Of a stretch of DNA of 64,000 bases, positions 9,204 to 19,500 are shown piece by piece. The stretch covers positions 4,693-68,692 of the forward strand of contig CAIRSR010000113.1 in assembly GCA_903881315.1 (NCBI GenBank), read 5' to 3'. A program made the translations under genes and the position numbers. The notes beneath the pieces were generated by a model. It was given only the letters and a program-made list of their open reading frames with translations. It did no database searches and had not been told where the DNA came from. Position 1 is the first letter of the stretch, and every line of letters begins with the position of its first letter. This DNA is from an uncultured Thiotrichales bacterium (GTDB lineage Bacteria > Pseudomonadota > Gammaproteobacteria > CAIRSR01).

Positions 9204-12200
9204 ATGGATTCAGTCAACGGTTCTTGTAATAACCTGGTTCGGCTGTTACGTCATTGGGCAACAACGACCCCAGAGGCGCTGGCCTATACCTTTCTGAAGG
9301 ATGGCCGCGATGAGGGGCTACGGTTTACCTTTCAGGAACTCGACCGACAGGCACGCGCTATTGCGGTTTCCCTAAGTGGCGCACAAGGAGAGCGGGCGCT
9401 ACTGCTCTATCCGCCGGGTATTGAATTCCTCGCTGGGTTCTTCGGTGCCCTCTATGCTGGGGTGATCGCAATCCCTGCCCCCCCTCCCGATGCGGCGCGT
9501 CTAAAGCGCACCTTGCCGCGCCTTCATGCCATCATCCATGACGCCGAGGCGTCGTTGGTGTTGGCGACGCACGATATTGTCGAGGCACTGGCGAAGGAGA
9601 TGGTGCCAGAGGAGGGGGCACCTTCGATGCGTTGGTTCGCCACCGATCGAGCTGACACGACGCGAGCAGACGAGTGGTCGGGTGCTCCGCCCATTGATGA
9701 CACCACCATCGCCTATCTGCAGTACACCTCGGGTTCAACCTCGACCCCCAAGGGGGTGATGCTGACCCATCGCAACATCATGGCGCAGAGTGCGACCCTC
9801 AAGGCTGGCTTTGGTTATGACCGGAACTCGATAGCCGTAACCTGGATGCCGTATTTCCATGATTACGGTCTGGTCGATGGCCTGTTGCAGCCGCTCTACA
9901 ATGGCATACCCTGTTATGTGTTGTCGCCGTTGACCTTTCTGCGGCGTCCCGAGCGCTGGCTAGAGGCCATTTCGCGCTTCCGTGGCACCCATACCCAGGC
10001 CCCCAATTTTGCCTACGAACAATGTATCCAGAAGGTAAGTGCGGCGAAACGCGCCACACTCGATCTAAGCTGTTTGCGCGAGGCGAGTAATGGGGCAGAA
10101 CCGATCCGGCGTGACACCGTAGAGGGGTTTATCAATGCCTTTGCTGAGTGCGGCCTTCACTCCGAGGCCATCTATCCCGCTTATGGTCTGGCCGAAGCAA
10201 CCTTGCAGGTGACGGCCAAGCCCCACCGGACGCTGCCCCGTTATTGCTATGCCGATGCTGCCGCGCTAGAGCGTAACCGGATAGTCGTGGTCTCGCCCGA
10301 CACGGCCAAGGCCAATTACCGCGCTATCGTGAGTTGTGGGGCACCGGCACCTGGCGTGGAGGTGGTGATTGCCGATTTGCTTACGCAGCGCCCTTTGCCC
10401 GATGGCATGGTCGGCGAGATCTGGGCTGCCGGCGAGAGTATCGGGGCTGGCTACTGGCGTCGCCCCGAGGAGAGTGAGGCGACCTTCGCCGCACGGCTTG
10501 CCGGAGACACCGAGCGTGGGCCATTCTTGCGCACCGGTGATCTCGGTTTCATGCTCAATGGTGAACTCTACATGACGGGTCGGGAGAAGGATCTCCTCAT
10601 TGTGGCGGGTGTGAACCACTACCCGCAGGACATCGAATGGACGGTACAAAACGTCGATAGCGCCTTTCGGCAGGATCACTGCGCTGCCTTTTCGATCGAG
10701 GTCGAGGGTGAGGAGCGCGTGGTGGTGGTGGCCGAGATGGAACGGAGGCTCGATGACTGGGGCGAGCTGCTGGTGCGGGTGCGACGCGCCCTCTCCGAGA
10801 ACCATGAACTCGATCTGTATGGGCTTTGTCTCATCAAAAAGGGTGAGGTGCTAAAGACCTCAAGCGGCAAGTTGCAGCGGCGTGGTTGTCGCGACGCCTA
10901 TCTCCAGAACAGCCTAGAGGCATTCTTTCGTTGGCAACGGGATGCTGCTCTGCCCGCTCCGCATCAGCAAGGGGTCGGCCTGGCCACAACCAGCACACGA
11001 AGCGCTTTGGCTATTGAGCAATGGTTGTTGGCTGAGCTTGCGCGCGTCCTTGCCTTGCCGCTGGGCTCCATTCAGCGTACCACGCCGTTTGCGGAGTATG
11101 GCCTTAGCTCGCGTGGGGCGGTGGCCTTGGTGGGGGCGCTGGAGGAGTGGCTCGGCGTTGCCGAACTGCCGGCAACGCTCCTCTGGGAGTATCCCACTGT
11201 TGCTGCGTTACGCGACTATCTCCTGCATGGCGCGAGTACCGTGGCGAGTAGTGCGCTTGCGCCCGAAGCGACGAGTGATGAGGCGCTTGCCATCGTTGGC
11301 GTTGCCTGTCGTTTTCCGGGGGCTGCGGACACGGAAGAATTTTGGGATCTGTTGGTGAATGGGCGTGACGCCATCCGCGAGGTGCCGCCAACGCGCTGGT
11401 CGGTCGCGGAGTTTTACGCAGAGGAAGCAGCAACGCCCGGACACATCAATAATCGCTTTGGTGGTTTTCTCGACGAGGTGGCGGGCTTTGATGCGGCCTT
11501 CTTTGGTATTGCGCCGCCCGAGGCAACGGTCATGGATCCTCAGCAGCGCTTGTTGTTGGAGCTATGCCTTGAGGCGCTAGAGGCGGCTAACATCAATCCG
11601 CACACGCTGGCCGGTAGCGATGCTGGTGTGTTCATCGGCATTAGCACCGACGACTATACCGAGTGGCAGTTTTCCGAGCGGAACCGCATCAGTCCCTATG
11701 CCGGGACGGGTAAGGCGCTGTCTATCGCGGCGAATCGTATCTCCTACCAGTTCGACCTGCATGGCCCGAGCATGGCCATCGATACGGCCTGCTCGTCGTC
11801 GCTGGTGGCCTTGCACCAGGCCGCCCAGGCGTTGCGCCGCAATGATTGCACGCTGGCTTTGGTGGGTGGCGTCAATCTGTTGTTGTCACCGAAGATGAGC
11901 GTTGCGCTTTCGCAGGCGCAGATGCTCTCACCGGATGGTCGCTGCAAGGCCTTTGATGCGGCGGCGAATGGCTATGTGCGTAGCGAAGGCGGGGGTATGC
12001 TGGTCATGAAGCGCCTCGCTGATGCGCGACGTGACGGGGATACTGTCCTTGCCCTGCTGCGCGGCAGTGCGGTCAACCAGGATGGGCGCAGCAATGGTCT
12101 GACCGCGCCGAATGGTCTTGCCCAACAGGCGGTTATTCGCCGAGCGCTACAGGATGCTCGCGTGGCGGCCAGCGCAATTCGTGTCGTCGAGGCGCATGGT

Positions 12201-15200
12201 ACGGGTACGGCGCTTGGTGACCCGATCGAGGTACGATCTCTACAGGCGGTGCTTGGCGAGGGACGCAGCGCTGACCAGCCCTGTCTCATCGGTTCGGTGA
12301 AGAGCAACATCGGCCACCTCGAGGCAGCGGCTGGGATGGCTGGCCTCATCAAGCTGGTTCTCTGTATTCGTCATGGTCAGGTGGTGCCGACGCTGCACTT
12401 CAAGACCCTAAACCCGCAGATTGCCTTGCACGGGACGCCGTTTGCGATCGCCTCGCAGTTGCAGGCGTGGCCGAACGGGGAGCGGCTTGCGTCGATCAGC
12501 TCCTTTGGCTTTGGTGGCACCAACGCGCACGCCATTCTGTCCGCGCCACCCGATGACGGCAATGGTGGTCTCACGCCTCAAGGCATGGCTGAAGTGCGCA
12601 CGGATCACCACCTGTTGCTGCTCTCGGCCCACACGCGCCCAGCGCTGGCTACCCTCGCCAAGCGCTACCTGGGTCGTCTGAAACAGCACGAGGTGGCGCT
12701 GCCCTCTTTTTGTGCGAGTGCTGCGTTGGGGCGTGCTGCATGGAGTGAGCGGTTAGCGCTCGTTGCTGCGGATGGTGAGGCCCTCGCAGCCGGGCTCACA
12801 GACTTTGTGGTGCAAGGCGCGACACCTGTGGTGCGCGCCCTTGATCAAAGGCCGAAGGTTGCCTGGCTCTTTACTGGCCAGGGTTCGCAGTACAGCGGTA
12901 TGGGAAAGGCGCTGTATCGGGGCGAGCCCGTCTTTCGCGCCGAGATCGAGCGCTGCAACCAAGTGTTGGCACCGCTCATCGGGGTGTCGCTGACTGAACT
13001 GCTGTGGGATGAGCACTTTGCCAAGCAGCTTGATAACACCCGTTATACCCAGCCCGCGCTGTTTGCCTTGCAGGTCGCCTTGGCGCGAACCTTGTTGCAC
13101 TGGGGGGTTCAGCCTGACGCCGTGATGGGACACAGCGTTGGCGAGTATGCTGCCGCCTGCATCGCGGGCCTATTCACGGTGGAGGAGGGGCTGCACCTCA
13201 CGGCGGCGCGTGGGCGACTGGTGGATGAACTCGGTGGTGCGGGTGGGATGGTTGCGGTGCTTGGTGATGAGTCTCGGGTACGTGCGGCCCTTGTTGGCAT
13301 CGAAGGGGTTGAACTCGCTACCCTAAACGGCCCGGCGGGTCAGGTGATTGCGGGTAGCCACGAGGCTTTGGCGCGGGCGACCCTCCACCTTGAGGGGCTT
13401 GGTCTTGAGGTGCGCCCCCTTGTGGTTTCTCACCCCTTCCACTCGGTTGGCATGGAGCCACTAGAGGCACCCTTCGCGGAGGTGGCGCGTGGTGTTCGTT
13501 TTCAGCCACCACAGATTGCCCTTATCTCTAACCTGACCGCCGATTTTGCAAGCGCCGAGATGGCCGGTGCGGACTACTGGGTTGCCCATCTTCGTCAACC
13601 GGTGCGCTTTGCCGCGAGTATCGAGCGCCTCATCGCGCACGACTTCGATACCTTCATTGAGATTGGCCCGAAGCCCACCCTGCTCGGTATGGCGGAACGC
13701 ATTGCGCACCCCGAGGGTGTTTTGTGGCTCCCGACCTTGCGTCCCGCTGAACCGGATTGGCAGCGCCTACTTACGACCCTTGGCCGCTTTTGGCAGCGGG
13801 GTGGTGCTGTCAATTGGGGGGCGTTTTATGGGCGCACACCGCGCCTTCTGCTCCCCCATTACCCGTTCGAGCGGCGTCGTTTCTGGCTCGACAGGCCGCG
13901 AGAGCGGGTCGCTCATGAGGCCACGTCATTGCTGGGTGAGAAGATCCAGTCACCGTTGTTTGCCGGGACACTCTTCCAGAATGATTTTAGTCTCGAGCGA
14001 TTGCCGTTTTACGGGGAGCATCGGGTCTTCGGTGAGGTGGTGGTGCCGGCGGCGGGTCATCTCTCGTTGTTACTAGAGGCGGCCCTTGCCCTGCATGGTG
14101 AGCCAGCCTGTGAGCTTTCTAATATCATCTTTCCGCAACCACTGATCCTGCCGGAGGCGGGTGGGCGGCGGGTGCAATTGTTGGTCGAAAAGGGAGCCAA
14201 TGATGCTGCCCAACTACGCCCGTTCCGGCTCATCTCGAGTACGCCGGAGGGGATGGCGACGGATGCCTATGAGACCCACGCAAGTGGTGTACTCGGTCGT
14301 GCCACGACCACCCCCTTGCTCGGCGTGACCGCGTTTGCCGCCGTGTCGCGGGATGATGGTTCTGTGGATGATTTCTATACGTCCATCTGGCAGCCCCAGA
14401 TCGAGTTGGGGCAGACCTTTCGCTGCATAGAGACGCTGGCGCGTCGCGGGAGTACGGCGCAGGCACGGTTACGTGTGCCGGTGGAGCGCGGCCCGTGGAG
14501 TGACTTACAACTCTATCCAGGACTGCTCGACTCGGCCTTACAGGTATTGGCGGCACTCGTCACCCTAGACGCGAGTGAGGCCATGATCCCGTTTAGCATC
14601 GAGCGACTGGTCTACCACGGCCATGGTGTACAGCGGCCTCGGTGTTTTTGGAGCGAGGTCATGCTCCAGGCGAGCGATGACCCGACCATTGCGCTCGCCA
14701 ATGTGCGCCTGTGGGCGGAGTTGGCGGACGGTAGTCACCACTTGGCGGCGGAGTTGCAGGGTTTTCGGGCGCGGCGGGTAGAGCGCGATCGGCTGCTGCG
14801 GGAATTACGGCGCGGCTACCAAGAGCACCTGTACCGCGTGGAGTGGGAGACGGTGACGGTTTCCGTCGCGCCTCTGGCGGGTCGTTGGCTTATCTTTGAT
14901 GACCATGCCGGTCGCACCAGCGCCTTGGTGGCGCGGCATTCCCGAGGCGTCGTCGTGCAGACCCGCGAGGAACTGGCTGCCCATCTTACCGCCGAGGGGG
15001 GTGACTGGTGTGGGGTGGTGTTTGGCGCGGGCCTTGACCTGGTGGGTGCACCCGATGCGGCTGCGCTTGAGCCGCTGCTGACCCTGCTGCTTGCGGTGGT
15101 GGAGATACTTGCTGCAGAACCGCTACCGCTCCTGGTCTTGACGGCAGGCGGACAGACGTTGCTCGGTCGCTCTGGCGAGCCACTCCAACGTGCGTTGTGG

Positions 15201-16568
15201 GCGCTCGCGCGGGTGGTGCGCCGTGAACTACCGGCGTTGCGCTGTCAGCTCCTTGACCTTGAGGCAACCGAGGCGCGTGATGGCGACCTCCCATCGCTTG
15301 GGGACTATCCCGCCGAATTGGCCTGGCGTGATGGCCAGTTCTATCGGCCACTTCTGACACCCTATCGCCTCGCGCAAGGGGGGAAACTGTCCGCGCCGAT
15401 TTGCGCCGATCGCGGCTACCTCGTCACTGGTGGCCTCGGAACACTCGGGCTCTCGTGTGCGCAGTGGTTGGTTCAGCAGGGGGCGGGCATGGTGACGTTA
15501 CTGGGTCGTCGCCCCCCGAATGCCGAGCAGCAGGCGCAGCTTGCGCGGCTCGGTGAGGCGAAAACCATTATCCGGGTCGTTGCTGGGGACGTAACCGATG
15601 GTGTGGCGCTTCGAGCGCTCTGGCCTTCCTTGACTGGGGGAGTATTGCCGCTTGCGGGGGTCTTTCACCTGGCCGGTGTGCTGGATGATGGCCCGATCCT
15701 GCAGCAGACGTGGCAGCGCTTTCTGCCGGTGCTGGCACCGAAGGTTATCGGCAGTTGGCATCTGCACCAGTTGAGTCAGTCGCTTGCGCTGGATTATTTC
15801 GTTGCCTTTTCTTCGATAGCGCCCGTTGTTGGTTCTGCTGGTCAGGCGAGCTATGCCTTTGCCAATGGCTATCTGGATGGGCTGATGGCGAGCCGAAGTG
15901 GCGACGGGCTTGCGGGTCTCACTATCAACTGGGGGCCGTGGCGGGGTGGCATGGCGGCCTCGCTGACCCAGCGCTTTAGCGAGTGGGGCATAGAACTCCT
16001 CGACCCGATGCGGTCGTTTACCACCCTTGCGTCTCTCTCTGCAGCACCACCCGAGGGGGGAGAGGTCGCGGTCTTTCCGGTAGATTGGGGGCGGTTTATC
16101 AGCCGCAGTGGCGCGAATCCGCTCTACGACCACCTGAAGCCTGAGAGTGCTGCGGTAAGTGCCAGCACCACGACCCGCAGTTGGATGGATAGCCTCGCGG
16201 CAGCGGAGGGTGAGCAACGCTGGACAATGCTCGAGCAGTATCTTCGCGAGACGATTGCAACGACCGTTGGGCTCGCTGACGCCGACTCGTTTGCAGCACG
16301 GAAACGCTTGTTTGAGTTAGGGCTTGATTCCCTCGGTGCGGTAGAGCTGCGCAACCGCTTGGTGCAGATGCTTGGGCGTGATCTGCGCTCCACCCTGCTC
16401 TTCGACTACCCAACCCTCGCAGCACTCCTCGGCCACATCGGCAATGAGGTATTGGGCTGGCCGCACCAAGGGGCTGAGCCCGTAGCAGAGGTGGTGGCGC
16501 AAGTGGAGGCGTTGGATGCCCTCTCGGATGAGGCGTTAGCGGCCCTTTTGGCAGCAGAATTGGGTTAA
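9204..16568 (+). CDS. Type I PKS, loading plus module 1: FAAL-ACP-KS-AT-DH-KR-ACP
   Basis: FAAL: YLQYTSGSTSTPKGVMLTHRNI (9713-), GDLGF..GELYMTGREKDLLIVAGVNHYPQDIE. ACP0 Ser in FAEYGLSSRG (about 11094). KS: DTACSSSL (11781), HGTGT, NIGH. AT: GQGSQYSGMG (12883), GHSVGE (13127), SHPFHS. DH: HRVFGEVVVPAAGH (14019), LLDSALQ. KR: TGGLGTLG (15426), LDD motif, SSIA..YAFAN. ACP: LGLDSLG (16317). Confidence 0.95.
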   Translation: MDSVNGSCNNLVRLLRHWATTTPEALAYTFLKDGRDEGLRFTFQELDRQARAIAVSLSGAQGERALLLYPPGIEFLAGFFGALYAGVIAIPAPPPDAARLKRTLPRLHAIIHDAEASLVLATHDIVEALAKEMVPEEGAPSMRWFATDRADTTRADEWSGAPPIDDTTIAYLQYTSGSTSTPKGVMLTHRNIMAQSATLKAGFGYDRNSIAVTWMPYFHDYGLVDGLLQPLYNGIPCYVLSPLTFLRRPERWLEAISRFRGTHTQAPNFAYEQCIQKVSAAKRATLDLSCLREASNGAEPIRRDTVEGFINAFAECGLHSEAIYPAYGLAEATLQVTAKPHRTLPRYCYADAAALERNRIVVVSPDTAKANYRAIVSCGAPAPGVEVVIADLLTQRPLPDGMVGEIWAAGESIGAGYWRRPEESEATFAARLAGDTERGPFLRTGDLGFMLNGELYMTGREKDLLIVAGVNHYPQDIEWTVQNVDSAFRQDHCAAFSIEVEGEERVVVVAEMERRLDDWGELLVRVRRALSENHELDLYGLCLIKKGEVLKTSSGKLQRRGCRDAYLQNSLEAFFRWQRDAALPAPHQQGVGLATTSTRSALAIEQWLLAELARVLALPLGSIQRTTPFAEYGLSSRGAVALVGALEEWLGVAELPATLLWEYPTVAALRDYLLHGASTVASSALAPEATSDEALAIVGVACRFPGAADTEEFWDLLVNGRDAIREVPPTRWSVAEFYAEEAATPGHINNRFGGFLDEVAGFDAAFFGIAPPEATVMDPQQRLLLELCLEALEAANINPHTLAGSDAGVFIGISTDDYTEWQFSERNRISPYAGTGKALSIAANRISYQFDLHGPSMAIDTACSSSLVALHQAAQALRRNDCTLALVGGVNLLLSPKMSVALSQAQMLSPDGRCKAFDAAANGYVRSEGGGMLVMKRLADARRDGDTVLALLRGSAVNQDGRSNGLTAPNGLAQQAVIRRALQDARVAASAIRVVEAHGTGTALGDPIEVRSLQAVLGEGRSADQPCLIGSVKSNIGHLEAAAGMAGLIKLVLCIRHGQVVPTLHFKTLNPQIALHGTPFAIASQLQAWPNGERLASISSFGFGGTNAHAILSAPPDDGNGGLTPQGMAEVRTDHHLLLLSAHTRPALATLAKRYLGRLKQHEVALPSFCASAALGRAAWSERLALVAADGEALAAGLTDFVVQGATPVVRALDQRPKVAWLFTGQGSQYSGMGKALYRGEPVFRAEIERCNQVLAPLIGVSLTELLWDEHFAKQLDNTRYTQPALFALQVALARTLLHWGVQPDAVMGHSVGEYAAACIAGLFTVEEGLHLTAARGRLVDELGGAGGMVAVLGDESRVRAALVGIEGVELATLNGPAGQVIAGSHEALARATLHLEGLGLEVRPLVVSHPFHSVGMEPLEAPFAEVARGVRFQPPQIALISNLTADFASAEMAGADYWVAHLRQPVRFAASIERLIAHDFDTFIEIGPKPTLLGMAERIAHPEGVLWLPTLRPAEPDWQRLLTTLGRFWQRGGAVNWGAFYGRTPRLLLPHYPFERRRFWLDRPRERVAHEATSLLGEKIQSPLFAGTLFQNDFSLERLPFYGEHRVFGEVVVPAAGHLSLLLEAALALHGEPACELSNIIFPQPLILPEAGGRRVQLLVEKGANDAAQLRPFRLISSTPEGMATDAYETHASGVLGRATTTPLLGVTAFAAVSRDDGSVDDFYTSIWQPQIELGQTFRCIETLARRGSTAQARLRVPVERGPWSDLQLYPGLLDSALQVLAALVTLDASEAMIPFSIERLVYHGHGVQRPRCFWSEVMLQASDDPTIALANVRLWAELADGSHHLAAELQGFRARRVERDRLLRELRRGYQEHLYRVEWETVTVSVAPLAGRWLIFDDHAGRTSALVARHSRGVVVQTREELAAHLTAEGGDWCGVVFGAGLDLVGAPDAAALEPLLTLLLAVVEILAAEPLPLLVLTAGGQTLLGRSGEPLQRALWALARVVRRELPALRCQLLDLEATEARDGDLPSLGDYPAELAWRDGQFYRPLLTPYRLAQGGKLSAPICADRGYLVTGGLGTLGLSCAQWLVQQGAGMVTLLGRRPPNAEQQAQLARLGEAKTIIRVVAGDVTDGVALRALWPSLTGGVLPLAGVFHLAGVLDDGPILQQTWQRFLPVLAPKVIGSWHLHQLSQSLALDYFVAFSSIAPVVGSAGQASYAFANGYLDGLMASRSGDGLAGLTINWGPWRGGMAASLTQRFSEWGIELLDPMRSFTTLASLSAAPPEGGEVAVFPVDWGRFISRSGANPLYDHLKPESAAVSASTTTRSWMDSLAAAEGEQRWTMLEQYLRETIATTVGLADADSFAARKRLFELGLDSLGAVELRNRLVQMLGRDLRSTLLFDYPTLAALLGHIGNEVLGWPHQGAEPVAEVVAQVEALDALSDEALAALLAAELG

Positions 16569-16577
16569 TCTAGTGAC

Positions 16578-19500
16578 ATGAGCGCAACCAGTCCTGACTA
16601 CCGCGCCTTGATGACCAAGGCGCTGCTTGAGATCAAAGAACTAAAGTCGCAGTTGCAACAGGCGCGGATGCGCGATGGTGAGGCCATCGCGATCGTGGGT
16701 GCCGCCTGTCGTTTTCCCGGGGGCGCGAATACGCTTGCAGGCTATTGGGAACTACTGGTCAATGGCCGCGACGGGATTGTCCCGGTGCCTCCCGAGCGCT
16801 GGCCGGTGGACGCCCACTACGACCCCGACCCGGACGCCCCAGGCAAGATCTGCTCCCGAGAGGGGGGCTTTATCGACCAGCCGGTTGGGCATTTTGACGC
16901 CGCGTTCTTTTCTATCTCGCCGCGTGAGGCGGAAAGCATGGATCCGCAGCAGCGGCTCCTGCTCGAACTCTGCTGGGAGGCGTTGGAACACGCCAACTAT
17001 GTGCCAGAAAAACTCTTCCAGAGTAATAGTGGTGTTTTTATCGGCGCGAGCAGTCAAGACCACGCGACGCGCATTCTGGGGGAGGCACCTTTCACCGACA
17101 TTGATGGCTACTATGGGACGGGCAGCGCGGCCTCACCGATTGCTGGTCGCATCTCGTATCTCTTTGGGTTTACCGGCCCGAGTTTTGTTGTTGATACCGC
17201 TTGCTCCTCTTCGCTCCTGTCGTTGCATTTGGCCTGCGAGAGTCTGCGCCGCCGCGAGTGTGACCTCGCCCTTGGTGGTGGTATCCAGTTGCTCACGCAC
17301 CCGGGTATCTCGATTGCGTTTACCAAGGCGCATATGCTTTCGGTCGATGGTCGCTGCAAGACCTTTGATGCGGCGGCCAATGGCTATGCGCGCGGGGAGG
17401 GCGGCGGCATCGTTGTGCTCAAACGGCTAAGCGACGCCGTGCGCGACGGTGACACCATCCTCGCACTCATCAAAGGCTCAGCGGTCAACCAAGATGGCCC
17501 GAGCGGCGGTCTTACGGTGCCAAGCGGCCCCTCGCAAGAGGCGGTGATCCGCGAGGCCTTGCGGCGTGGCGCAGTAGACCCGTCGCAGGTCAATTTCATC
17601 GAGGCGCATGGTACTGGCACCCCCCTTGGTGACCCCATTGAGGTGGGCGCACTCCAAGGGGTGTTTGGCAACCACCGGAGCAGTATAAGCCCGCTCTGGA
17701 TGGCTTCGGTCAAGACCAACATCGGCCACCTTGAGGCCGGGGCTGGGATTGCGAGCGTCATCAAGGTGATGTTGTCGCTACGCGAGCGCACCCTGGCACC
17801 GCATCTCCATTTCAAAAACCCGAACCCGATGATCCCGTGGCAGCAGTTGCCGATTCGGGTGTTGACCGGGGCAGCGCCATGGCAGCCGGTGGCGGCGGGT
17901 GTGCCGCTGACGGCGGGGGTCAGTTCGTTTGGTTTTAGCGGCACCAATGTGCATGTGGTGATGAGCGAGGCCCCAATGGCGGCGTCTGTGACGCCACCAT
18001 TGCCGGTGGCGGAACCCCAGGCGGGTGGTGCGGTGGCCGAAGCGCCCACGCCAACTGGCGCACCGCTGCCCACCGACCAATTGCTGGTGTTGGCAGCCCG
18101 TAGCGAACCAGCGCTTCACGAGTTGGTGCAGCGCTACATCGTGCGTCTTGCGGACGCAGACGAGAGTACGTGGGCCTCTATTGCGCACACGGCGGCGGTG
18201 GGGCGCACCCATTTCGCGGAACGTCTGGCGCTTGCGGCAGCGAGTGCGAGCGAGGCGCGCCTGAGGTTGCAGGCGTTTGCAGAGAGTCGCGCCGAGGGGA
18301 GTATGCTCTGGCGGGGCACGGCACTAGAGGGGCGCTACCCCAAGGTGGCCTTGCTGTTTAGTGGTCAAGGCTCGCAGTACAGTGGGATGGGTGAGGCGCT
18401 CTATCGAACCGGGCCTATCTTTCGCGAGGTGATTGACCGCCTTTCGCGGGTGCTCGAACCGCTGCTCGGGCAATCTCTGCCCGCGCTATTGTTTGCGGGT
18501 GGCGCAACGCTTGATGAGACGGGTAATACCCAGCCCGCGTTGTACGCACTAGAGGTAGCGCTTGCGGCCCAGTGGCAGGCGTGGGGCGGTAAGATTGCGG
18601 CAGTCCTGGGTCACAGCGTTGGTGAATACGCCGCAGCCGCCGTGGCGGGGGTGTTCTCCCTAGAGGACGGCGCACGATTGATCGCCGAGCGGGCGCGTCT
18701 CATGCAGGCCTTGCCAGCGGGTGGCGGTATGGTCGCGGTGTTGACGGCCAGGGCCGAGGTAGAGGCGGTGCTTGGTTCTCTGGCGTTGCATGGGCTTGGT
18801 ATTGCTGCCGACAACGGCCCCCGCAGTGTCGTGGTCTCGGGTGGTGCCGGGGAACTTTCGCGCCTGCAAGGCCACTTTGCCGCGCTTGGCGTTGAGTGCC
18901 GACCCTTGGCGGTCTCACATGCCTTTCACTCCCCCTTGATGACGCCGATGTTGGCACCGTTTCGGGCGCGGGCAGAGACGATCGCGTATCACGCGCCGAG
19001 AATACCCATCTATAGCAATGTCACCGGACGATGTGAGCGCACGGAGCGGTTTTGCTCTGCCGATTACTGGGTAGAGCATATCCAAAGGCCGGTGTTGTTC
19101 CAGGAGGCGCTACGTGCCTTGCTTGCGGATGGTTGCAACCTGCTGGTGGAGGCCGGGCCACGGCCTACCCTTCTTGGTATGGGGCGGACGATCGCCGAGG
19201 CTCTGGGTCTGCCGCTTGCTGCCGATGCGGGTGCCTGGTTGCCGCTCCTGCGCCACGGGGAGCCTCCTTTGCAGCAGGCCCTCTCGACCCTGGGCGGCTA
19301 TTGGTGTCGCGGTGGTGCGCCGGACTGGTCGCGCCTCCGTGGTGTGCCGAGTGGTCGCGTGGAGTTGCCCACCTATCCTTTCCAGCGCCGTCGTCATTGG
19401 CGCGAGGTGGCCCTGAACGGCCAGCAGGGGGTGGGAGGTTTTCATGGCGAGCAGACAGTAAACCATCCTTTGTTGGCGCGTCGTTTCGCCTCGCCACTCA